Source: Pseudomonadota bacterium (GTDB taxonomy: Bacteria; Pseudomonadota; Gammaproteobacteria; Ga0077536). Taken from it: a stretch of DNA of 53,735 bases. Positions 41,145-49,493 of the stretch are shown here, in pieces (position 1 is the stretch's first letter; every line of letters begins with the position of its first letter). The stretch is from positions 1-53,735 of the forward strand of contig JAYTEX010000279.1 in the NCBI GenBank assembly GCA_043734785.1. The letters run 5' to 3'. Under the pieces are notes generated by a model. That model was not told where the DNA came from. It saw only the letters and a program-made list of their open reading frames with translations, and ran no database searches. The position numbers were made by a program, and so were the translations under genes.

Positions 41145-41596
41145 GCGGACATGTCATCATTTATACCGATGGCGCTTGCCGCGGTAATCCAGGGCCAGGG
41201 GGCTGGGGGACACTGCTGCGTTATGGCGATCACGTTCGCGAACTGTCCGGCGCGGAAGCAGCCACGACCAATAATCGGATGGAGCTGATGGCGGCAATCA
41301 AAGGTCTGGAAGCGCTGAATCGCCCAACGGTGGTCGATCTCTACACGGATTCCCAATATGTGCAGAAAGGGATCTCGGAGTGGCTGGCGGGTTGGATTGC
41401 TCGTGGGTGGCGCACAGCCAGTAAGACACCCGTTAAGAACACTGATCTTTGGCAACGCCTGCAAGCCGCCAGTGCGCCGCACACCGTGCAGTGGCGCTGG
41501 GTCAAAGGTCATTCGGGGGTTCCCGATAATGAAGCTGTCGACCGGCTGGCCAACATTGCGATCGATAAATTTCTGCAACAACGCGCTAAAGGCTAA
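41141..41596 (+). CDS. rnhA: Ribonuclease HI
   Basis: [17 protein letters not shown]...NNRMEL...TDSQYV...W.KVKGH. GTG start overlapping the upstream stop. Confidence 0.93.
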   Translation: MSGHVIIYTDGACRGNPGPGGWGTLLRYGDHVRELSGAEAATTNNRMELMAAIKGLEALNRPTVVDLYTDSQYVQKGISEWLAGWIARGWRTASKTPVKNTDLWQRLQAASAPHTVQWRWVKGHSGVPDNEAVDRLANIAIDKFLQQRAKG

Positions 41597-41621
41597 GCGC
41601 GCCGAGGGTAGGCATTAGGAT

Positions 41622-42323
41622 ATGCGACAGATAGTCCTGGATACCGAAACTACGGGTCTGGCCCCAGAAGAGGGGCACCGCATCATTGAAATCGGTGGCA
41701 TTGAGATCCGCAATCGACGGCCCTGTGCGGAGCGCTTTCATCGCTACCTTAATCCTGAACGGGAAATCGACGCCGGCGCGGCCGAGGTGCATGGCCTCTC
41801 CCTAGAGAAGCTCCGTGGGTACCCGCGCTTTCAGGATGTTGCGCTCGAGTTCATCGAGTTCATCCGTGGTGCGGAACTGATCATCCACAACGCGCCATTT
41901 GACGTGGGATTCATCAATCATGAACTGGCGCTGCTGGGGGATGCCTGGGGCAGGCTAGAGGACTATTGCACGGTTTTCGATACCTTGAGACTTGCCCGAG
42001 AGCGGCACCCCGGGCAGCGCAACAGTCTTGATGCCCTGTGCAAGCGCTACGAGATCGATAACGGCCACCGCAATCTGCATGGTGCGTTGCTGGACGCAGA
42101 GCTTCTTGCTGACGTTTATCTGGCCCTGACCGGCGGGCAGAGCGCGTTGGTTCTGGATTCCCAAGCACGCCGCGTGCACGCCGCAGAGGCGGCCCCGCTT
42201 GGAAGTCCGCGGCGGATGTGGATTATTCCCGCAGATGACATGGAACTAGCGGCCCATCGCGCGCGCCTGACCGGGATTACGCGTGCGAGTGGCGGGCGCT
42301 GCCTGTGGAATATCGACGAATAG
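41622..42323 (+). CDS. dnaQ: DNA polymerase III epsilon subunit (3'-5' proofreading exonuclease)
   Basis: MRQIVLDTETTG (ExoI), HNAPFDVGF (ExoII), HGALLDAELLADVY (ExoIII-epsilon). Confidence 0.93.
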   Translation: MRQIVLDTETTGLAPEEGHRIIEIGGIEIRNRRPCAERFHRYLNPEREIDAGAAEVHGLSLEKLRGYPRFQDVALEFIEFIRGAELIIHNAPFDVGFINHELALLGDAWGRLEDYCTVFDTLRLARERHPGQRNSLDALCKRYEIDNGHRNLHGALLDAELLADVYLALTGGQSALVLDSQARRVHAAEAAPLGSPRRMWIIPADDMELAAHRARLTGITRASGGRCLWNIDE

Positions 42324-42348
42324 AGGCTGCTTGCGCGAACGCCCAGCC

Positions 42349-42374
42349 CTCATCACTGCGGCCGCAGTGATGAG
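42349..42374. terminator. Perfect 12-bp palindrome between convergent dnaQ and grxD (candidate bidirectional terminator)
   Basis: ctcatcactgcg gc cgcagtgatgag. There is no clear U-tract on either side. Confidence 0.45.
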
Positions 42375-42389
42375 AAAGCCCAGGATCGG

Positions 42390-42710
42390 TTAGCGCGTGG
42401 CGAGCGTGGCGCCGACCATCTTCTTCAGCTCGCCGCGTTGGTAGAGATCGAGCACGATGTCGCAACCACCGACCAGTTCACCGTTGATGAAAACCTGCGG
42501 GAAGGTGGGCCATTGCGAAAATTGTGGTAGGTGTTGTCTATATTCTTGTTGTGCCAATATATCGACGTGATATATCTCAGCGCCGCAGGCTTGAAGTGCC
42601 TGGACAGTGCGCATCGAAAATCCGCACTGCGGAAATTGCGGCGTTCCTTTCATGAACAATACGATCGGATGCTGTTCGATTAGGGCTTGAATCTGCTGCG
42701 TCATGTCCAT
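42390..42710 (-). CDS. grxD: Monothiol glutaredoxin (Grx4 family)
   Basis: 106 aa, VLFMKGTPQFPQCGFS active site. Confidence 0.9.
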   Translation of the reverse strand: MDMTQQIQALIEQHPIVLFMKGTPQFPQCGFSMRTVQALQACGAEIYHVDILAQQEYRQHLPQFSQWPTFPQVFINGELVGGCDIVLDLYQRGELKKMVGATLATR

Positions 42711-43066
42711 ACGGGTTCCTCACACGGAAGGCGGAAAGAGCGCGTAGTGTAAGCCAGCTAACGCGGCGAGAAAACGTGTGTCGGCTAAGGTTATTCCTCA
42801 GGTGCCGGTGCGCTGGACGAAGCGTGAGGATCAAGCAGTGCCCGGAGGTTATGACTGCTGCGCCAGATCCCGATTGCACAAGGGTGGGCGCTCGCAAGGA
42901 CGCGAACGATGCCCGAGCGTAGCTACGCAACCGCATGGCTCTACTCGGCGTGGAGGCCCTTTGCGCGCTCGGCTTGGTGCAAGCTTGAATCTTGGGGGGG
43001 CGTCAAAGACAATGACAGTCGTCGAGCGACTATTTGCCTGCATGTTGAGTACATAAGGATAACACG

Positions 43067-43162
43067 ATGAATCCATTAGAGAGTTTGGGCGGTACCGTGA
43101 TTGCAGGCGTCGTGCTTGCGATCGTCCTCGCATATCTCGCGAAGATAGTGGCTGGGGTTTAA
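43067..43162 (+). CDS. Candidate 31-aa single-TM miniprotein
   Basis: MNPLESLGGTVIAGVVLAIVLAYLAKIVAGV*, with AAGGA upstream of the ATG. It is below the ORF-track size cut-off and rests on sequence appearance only. Confidence 0.3.
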   Translation: MNPLESLGGTVIAGVVLAIVLAYLAKIVAGV

Positions 43163-43222
43163 GCCAAGCCAACCCAAAGTTCACGCCTAAACAACGCTAT
43201 TTGCGACTACTCGGGAGGGGAC

Positions 43223-43756
43223 ATGATTGACCTAGATTTACTGGTACGATGGCTACACGTCGTGATGGGAGTGATGTGGATAGGCTTGCTGTACTACTTC
43301 AATTTCGTACAAGTCGGCGCACTAGCTCAGGCTAATGCTGAAGCCGGCAGCGGTGGTCCAGGTGGCGCTGCGATCACGAAATATGTGGCACCGCGTGCCC
43401 TGTTCTGGTTCCGTTGGTCCGCGTTAGTGACTTGGTTGAGCGGGGCTTTCTATCTCGAATCCGCGCCACAATATTCGCTTTCAGGGGCTTTCAGTCTGAG
43501 CGCGGGGACTGGCAATATCAGCCTGACCTCGATCGGGTTTGGCGCGTGGTTGGGAACCATCATGCTACTGAATGTCTGGGGTTTGATCTGGCCTAACCAG
43601 AAAAAAATTCTCGGGCTGGTGCCGGCCACCGACGAACAGAAAGCTCGCGCCCGTCGGGTCGCGTTTCTCGCTTCGCGAACCAACACCATGCTGTCGATTC
43701 CGATGCTCATGTTCATGCAAGCGTCAAGCCACAGCCTGCCATTTTTTATGACCTGA
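43223..43756 (+). CDS. Conserved integral membrane protein (resembles the membrane domain annotated as PuuD-like)
   Basis: 177 aa, LHVVMGVMWIGLLYYFNFVQ motif, 4 hydrophobic segments. Function is not established. Confidence 0.7.
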   Translation: MIDLDLLVRWLHVVMGVMWIGLLYYFNFVQVGALAQANAEAGSGGPGGAAITKYVAPRALFWFRWSALVTWLSGAFYLESAPQYSLSGAFSLSAGTGNISLTSIGFGAWLGTIMLLNVWGLIWPNQKKILGLVPATDEQKARARRVAFLASRTNTMLSIPMLMFMQASSHSLPFFMT

Positions 43757-43781
43757 ACACACTGCAAGCCAGACAGTTCAA

Positions 43782-43817
43782 GGTGAGCCCGGCTTGGTGG
43801 CCGGGCTCACCGTTTTG
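43782..43817 (+). terminator. Rho-independent terminator
   Basis: ggtgagcccggc-ttggtg-gccgggctcacc followed by gtttt, 25 nt after the stop at 43756. Confidence 0.7.
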
Positions 43818-44032
43818 GGCGTCATGCTGATTTTTTGCGTGGCAGCGCAGTTCTTGGTCTCACGCAGCCGCAAGCCAGTGCCGTAGCGAAACCGACGAAA
43901 CTGGCGAAGGCGTAAATTCGCTGGACAGTTGCCTTATGCAGTTGCCCCAGACGGTTTGCCTGGCGACTGGGACTTCCACAGAGCTGTGCGGTGGTCATGC
44001 GAGCCACGGAGACGGATTGAGGTTCAAGCAAG

Positions 44033-44938
44033 TTGTCGACACGTCATTTTTTGAGTTTGTTTGATCTGAGCTACGAGGAAGCGCGGGCGATTCTGCAACG
44101 CGCGTCTGAACTCAAACGCTTGCGGGCCAGCGGGGTGCGACCGCAGATCCTCGAACGCAAAGTACTGGCGATGATTTTCGAGAAATCATCGACGCGGACT
44201 CGCGTTTCATTCGAGGCGGCCATGCTGGAAGGCGGCGGGGGCGCCGTATTTCTCTCTCCACACGACTCACAGTTGGGCAGGGGTGAACCGATTCAGGATA
44301 CCGCGCGTGCGCTTTCGCAGATGTGTGATGCGATTACTGCCCGTACCTTTGCCCACGGCACGGTGGAAGCGCTAGCCGCGAGCGCGACTGTGCCGGTGAT
44401 CAACGCGCTGACGGACCGACTACACCCCTGCCAAGTCTTGGCGGACCTGCTGACGTTCATGGAGCACCGGGGAGAGATCAAGGGACGTCGGGTCGCCTGG
44501 GTCGGCGACGGCAACAACATGTGTAATACCTATATCGAAGCTGCGCAAATTTTTGAGTTTGAACTCGCGATTGCGTGCCCCCCATCCTACCTTCCCGCCA
44601 TTGATGAGTACGTGCGGGGCCCGGCCAAAATCGAGTTATGTAAAGATCCTCGCGTTGCGGTGGCAGGGGCTGATGTGGTGGTCACCGATGTTTGGGTCAG
44701 TATGGGGCAGGAAGCCGAGGCCGATCAGCGCCGCGCCGAGTTGAGCGCTTATCGGGTCGATGCTGCTTTGATGGCACGCGCCAGACCTCAGGCTTTGTTT
44801 ATGCATTGTCTACCGGCGCATCGTGGTGAAGAAGTGACCGCGGAGGTGATCGATCATCCGCAAAGCGTGGTATGGGATGAGGCCGGGAACCGTCTGCACA
44901 CCCAGAAGGCCCTGCTAGAATTTTTGCTCCGTCCATGA
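44033..44938 (+). CDS. argF: Ornithine carbamoyltransferase
   Basis: STRTRVSFE, HPCQVLADL, DVWVSMGQE and FMHCLPAHRGEEV motifs. TTG start. Confidence 0.9.
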   Translation: MSTRHFLSLFDLSYEEARAILQRASELKRLRASGVRPQILERKVLAMIFEKSSTRTRVSFEAAMLEGGGGAVFLSPHDSQLGRGEPIQDTARALSQMCDAITARTFAHGTVEALAASATVPVINALTDRLHPCQVLADLLTFMEHRGEIKGRRVAWVGDGNNMCNTYIEAAQIFEFELAIACPPSYLPAIDEYVRGPAKIELCKDPRVAVAGADVVVTDVWVSMGQEAEADQRRAELSAYRVDAALMARARPQALFMHCLPAHRGEEVTAEVIDHPQSVVWDEAGNRLHTQKALLEFLLRP

Positions 44939-44949
44939 GGGTAGGGTAG

Positions 44950-45149
44950 ATGCGAATTCTGCTCAGCAACGATGATGGGTATCGCGCGCAGGGGCTGGTG
45001 GCGCTCGCGGAGAGTCTGGGCAGAATTGCGGAGGTCACGGTGGTCGCCCCGGTACGCGATCCCAGCGGCACGAACAATTCACTGACCTTAGTCTGACCGC
45101 GTTTGCACAATCTGGAGGAAACCAACGCGTGGCTGAACATGAGCGTCTA
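44950..45149 (+). pseudogene. surE: surE remnant (N-terminal about 47 codons, in-frame TGA, short C-terminal tail)
   Basis: [65 protein letters not shown]. This is a canonical SurE N-terminus in the canonical position before pcm, but about 190 internal codons are missing. Confidence 0.75.
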
Positions 45150-45158
45150 ATCACCAGC

Positions 45159-45815
45159 ATGACTGATCGCCACGGCATAGGATTGACGTCGCAACGCGCG
45201 CGAAACCGGCTCGTCGACCTGTTGCGTACGATGGGCATTGGTTCTGAAGAAGTACTGGATTTGCTCCGCACGACGCCGCGGCATCTCTTTGTCGACGAGG
45301 CGCTGGCAAGTCGCGCGTATGAAAATAATGCACTGCCAATTGGTTTCGGGCAGACCATTTCGCAGCCATATATGGTGGCGGCCATGACGGAGTTACTACT
45401 GACCACGGGCCCGTTGGTCAAGGTCCTGGAAGTGGGCGCTGGGTGTGGATACCAGACTGTGCTGCTGGCGAAGCTTGCCAAGAACGTGTTCAGCATCGAG
45501 CGTATCGCGGCGCTCGCGAATCGGCTGCGCGAGCGCCTGCATGAATTGCGCGTGATCAACGTTCGTGTGCGCCATGGCGACGGTCGCCAGGGCTGGGCTA
45601 ATTACGGACCGTTCGATGCGATCCTGGTTGCCGCCGCCGCCAGCGTAGTGCCGCAGGCCCTGCTAGACCAGCTGGCGGTTGGCGGGCGCTTGGTGATGCC
45701 GGTGGGGGTGCCGGGTGAGCAAACACTGATGTTACTGACACGCACGCCGGAAGGAGTCATCGAGCAACATTTGCAGCGGGTCAGTTTTGTGCCGCTTGTC
45801 GATGGCGTGGCATAA
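45159..45815 (+). CDS. pcm: Protein-L-isoaspartate O-methyltransferase
   Basis: GLTSQRARNRLVDLL...TPRHLFVDEALASRAYENNALPIGFGQTISQPYMVA...VLEVGAGCGYQ. The ATG at 45159 is preferred over the GTG at 45129. Confidence 0.9.
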   Translation: MTDRHGIGLTSQRARNRLVDLLRTMGIGSEEVLDLLRTTPRHLFVDEALASRAYENNALPIGFGQTISQPYMVAAMTELLLTTGPLVKVLEVGAGCGYQTVLLAKLAKNVFSIERIAALANRLRERLHELRVINVRVRHGDGRQGWANYGPFDAILVAAAASVVPQALLDQLAVGGRLVMPVGVPGEQTLMLLTRTPEGVIEQHLQRVSFVPLVDGVA

Positions 45816-45822
45816 CACCGCA

Positions 45823-46647
45823 ATGCGCACAGCGTTGCAACGGTGGACGGGATTGGGACTGTGGGTCCTTTTGATGGCGGGTTGCGCGAGTCAGGCGCCA
45901 GCGCCGATCGAACAGAAACCGGCCACGATTTCCGCGGCCAAACCAAGGGGTGGCATCACGAAATTGGCGGCGCCAAAGGCACCGATCAAGGGCGATATTT
46001 ATCGAGTGCAAGCTGGGGACACACTCTATTCGATCGCCTGGCGACTTGGCGTTGATTTCCGTCAGTTGGCGCAATGGAATGGACTCCAGGATCCCTCCCG
46101 TATCGAGGTTGGTCAGGAGCTCCGAGTGCACGCCGCAAACGGCGACACGCGCGCCGCGCCACGGACATCCGTGGTTGCCCAGACGCCGGTGAGAGTGGAG
46201 CGTGCGCCCATATCGCCTAAAACAACGCCCGCGCTGTCACAGGGGACGCTTGCAAAGACGCCAACCGGGTCACCCGCATCAAACCCACAATGGGCCTGGC
46301 CAGCGGACGGGAAGGTGGTGAGATCGGTTTCCGCAACGGGTTCGATTGGTCTCGAGATCCGGGGCACTCGTGGGCAAGCGATTCGCGCGGCGGGCAGCGG
46401 ACAAGTGGTTTATGCGGGTAGCGGACTGCGCGGTTACGGACAGCTGCTCATCATCAAGCATGACGAAAGCTTCCTCAGCGCCTACGCGCACAACGACAAG
46501 CTCCTGGTGGCCGAGGGACAACGCATTGAACGCAGTCAACCCATTGCACTGATGGGCGATTCCGGGGCTTCGGAGGTTATGTTACATTTCGAGATCAGAA
46601 AGGGCGGTAAGGCTGTCGAGCCGCTGCAATATCTTCCTAAGCGTTAG
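45823..46647 (+). CDS. nlpD: Murein hydrolase activator NlpD (lipoprotein, LysM plus degenerate M23 domain)
   Basis: Lipobox LLMAGC, LysM ([17 protein letters not shown]), and M23 core ([10 protein letters not shown]...YAHN). Confidence 0.88.
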   Translation: MRTALQRWTGLGLWVLLMAGCASQAPAPIEQKPATISAAKPRGGITKLAAPKAPIKGDIYRVQAGDTLYSIAWRLGVDFRQLAQWNGLQDPSRIEVGQELRVHAANGDTRAAPRTSVVAQTPVRVERAPISPKTTPALSQGTLAKTPTGSPASNPQWAWPADGKVVRSVSATGSIGLEIRGTRGQAIRAAGSGQVVYAGSGLRGYGQLLIIKHDESFLSAYAHNDKLLVAEGQRIERSQPIALMGDSGASEVMLHFEIRKGGKAVEPLQYLPKR

Positions 46648-46658
46648 GCGCCTCTCTC

Positions 46659-47717
46659 ATGGTCGGCACTCGAAATAAAAACCAGGACCCGGAGACGCCA
46701 GATTTAATCATTTCGAGCCCGGTTGACGACCAGAGCCCGCCGGTTACGGCCGATGCTGAGTACGATGCATTAAGCAACGATCTCGACAGCGTTGAGCCTG
46801 AACTAGACGAAATCATTGAAGTGGCCGAAAGCGAACCGGAAATTTCCGGCAGCGCGGTGATTGGTGAAATCTCGGACGGCGAGTTAGACGCCACCCGCCT
46901 CTACCTCAACGAGATCGGCTTTTCACCTCTGTTGACGGCGGAAGAGGAAGTCAAGTTCGCACGGCTCGCCCAAAAGAATGATTCTGCGGCGCGGCGGCGA
47001 ATGATTGAGAGCAATTTGCGGCTTGTCGTGAAGATCGCCCGACGCTATATGAATCGAGGTCTGCCGTTACTGGATCTGATCGAAGAGGGCAATTTGGGCC
47101 TCATCCGGGCGGTCGAAAAATTCGATCCCGAACGCGGCTTTCGATTTTCGACCTATGCGACCTGGTGGATAAGACAAACGATCGAACGTGGATTGATGAA
47201 TCAAACACGGACGATTCGCTTACCGATTCACATCGTTAAAGAGATCAACCTCTATCTGCGGGCGGCGCGCCGTCTGGCGCAAAGCCTTGAGCGCGAGCCT
47301 AACGCTGAAGACGTGGCTCAGATGTTGGATCGCCCCATTGAGGATGTGAAGCGAATGCTCGGGCTCAACGAGCGGATAGCGTCAGTCGACAGTCCGCTGG
47401 ATCGCGACTCCGATCGCACCTTGATCGACACCATCCCCGACGAGCACAATCGCGATCCGGCGCGCATGTTGCAGGACGATGACATGCAAAGGCATATCGA
47501 CGCCTGGCTGTCTCAGCTCAACGATAAACAGCGCACGGTGGTTGAACGGAGATTCGGACTGGACGGACGAGAGATCGCGACCTTGGAAGAAGTGGGTAAT
47601 GAGATTGGCGTGACGCGCGAACGGGTTCGACAGATTCAGATTGAAGCGTTGCGGCGCCTACGCCACATCCTCGAGCGTGAAGGGTTTTCGCTCGACGCCT
47701 TGTGCACAGACATGTAA
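46659..47717 (+). CDS. rpoS: RNA polymerase sigma factor RpoS
   Basis: It follows nlpD. It has the sigma70 regions 2-4 ([40 protein letters not shown]) and an acidic N-terminal extension. Confidence 0.92.
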   Translation: MVGTRNKNQDPETPDLIISSPVDDQSPPVTADAEYDALSNDLDSVEPELDEIIEVAESEPEISGSAVIGEISDGELDATRLYLNEIGFSPLLTAEEEVKFARLAQKNDSAARRRMIESNLRLVVKIARRYMNRGLPLLDLIEEGNLGLIRAVEKFDPERGFRFSTYATWWIRQTIERGLMNQTRTIRLPIHIVKEINLYLRAARRLAQSLEREPNAEDVAQMLDRPIEDVKRMLGLNERIASVDSPLDRDSDRTLIDTIPDEHNRDPARMLQDDDMQRHIDAWLSQLNDKQRTVVERRFGLDGREIATLEEVGNEIGVTRERVRQIQIEALRRLRHILEREGFSLDALCTDM

Positions 47718-47754
47718 GTCTCAGTGGTAACGGTGCGCTCGACTGCACGCGTGT

Positions 47755-48126
47755 CTAGCTGATGAAAAGGATTGCGGCGACCGCGCGAAATTCGGATGCA
47801 AGAACGTTATAGCAACGGCATGCTGCCGCATTACTCATGACTTCCACTCCAATGCCTCGTGCGCCCATTTCCGCGATAATGGCGGTGTCCAAGAAAATCT
47901 GCTGATGGCCGCTACCTACGATCAGTATTTCGGCACCGGTACGGGCAATCGCGTCGAGGTGAACCGCCGTGAGTTCGGAGAAATGGCGCGGAAGAAGGTC
48001 CGTGTGAATGGCCTCTGGAGTAATCACCAAGCTACCCGTATGGCGAGTATCCCCGATCAAGACAGAGTCGTCGGTATAGGCTTTGATGATGAATCCGGTG
48101 CGCGCCGAATCAAGTTCAAATTTCAT
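47755..48126 (-). CDS. Mth938-like (DUF498) domain protein
   Basis: MKFELDSARTGFIIKAYTDDSVLIG...ILIVGSGHQQIFL...GIGVEVMSNAAACRCYNVL. Confidence 0.75.
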   Translation of the reverse strand: MKFELDSARTGFIIKAYTDDSVLIGDTRHTGSLVITPEAIHTDLLPRHFSELTAVHLDAIARTGAEILIVGSGHQQIFLDTAIIAEMGARGIGVEVMSNAAACRCYNVLASEFRAVAAILFIS

Positions 48127-48192
48127 AATGCTCGGCCAGTAGAGTCGTTGCGGCCACACCCCGTGCGGCAATTGGTCGCGAACGGATCTTAA

Positions 48193-48861
<669 letters not shown>

Positions 48862-49003
48862 AAGACAGTGCGGCGGCGACAATCATCGTCACGTGTTAAC
48901 TTCATCAGAACAGCGAGCTGGAATTTGTTGCGACGAGGAGCACATTTGGTGTGGCATGAACGAAACACGCGAACAGCACCATCGAAAAAAATTACTATAA
49001 ATC

Positions 49004-49033
49004 TTTACATACCACCTAATGGTGATGTATATA
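49004..49033 (+). promoter_or_regulatory. Candidate sigma70 promoter for the histone-like gene
   Basis: TTTACA (49004-49009), an 18-nt spacer, then TATATA (49028-49033), inside a locally AT-rich island about 60 nt upstream of the ATG at 49092. The call rests on the motif alone. Confidence 0.35.
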
Positions 49034-49091
49034 AGCAAGTGTGGTGTTGCATTTTTTGTTCTTACCATTTAGTTGAAGGGGGACCCGTAAT

Positions 49092-49253
49092 ATGGCGACA
49101 GCGAAAAAGAAGGCAACCAAAAAGGCTGCTGCAAAGAAGCCGGCTGCCAAAGTTGCAAAAAAGGTAGCGAAGAAGGTAGCCAAGAAAGTAGTCAAGAAGG
49201 TAGCTTCGAAGAAGCCTGTTGCGAAGAAGAAGGCTGCTGCGAAGAAGAAGTAG
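49092..49253 (+). CDS. Lys/Ala-rich histone-H1-like small basic protein (53 aa)
   Basis: MATAKKKATKKAAAKKPAAKVAKKVAKKVAKKVVKKVASKKPVAKKKAAAKKK*, with a GGGGGA SD 9 nt upstream. It is below the ORF-track length cut-off. Confidence 0.7.
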   Translation: MATAKKKATKKAAAKKPAAKVAKKVAKKVAKKVVKKVASKKPVAKKKAAAKKK

Positions 49254-49493
49254 TCTGAGGGCAATACCGAAGACTACCTGTGCGGAAGTGTCTGGGCTGC
49301 ATGGATAGACAGACATTTCCGCGATACCTGCGACTCTCACTCCTCCCTGCGATCGCCATCAGCGGCGAGCCTTCTGAAAAACATTGCGACTACTGCCCCG
49401 ACTCCGGTGACGATCAGACCGTCTGGTCGAGCGGTGCCCTGTAGTTTTCATCTAGCACAAGCTTTTTCGTGACCTGCCAGAGACTGCGCTGAG

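Noticed and set aside
42778-43056. 92-aa plus-strand ORF in the grxD upstream spacer. Also tested whether the spacer is 6S, RNase P, SRP or tmRNA.
   Set aside because: The ORF is Arg/Gly-rich with no SD or motif. None of the hallmark motifs I remember were found (GAGGAAAGTCCGGGC for RNase P, GGGGCTGATTCTGGATTCGAC for tmRNA, the SRP GGAA tetraloop helix, or 6S terminal pairing).
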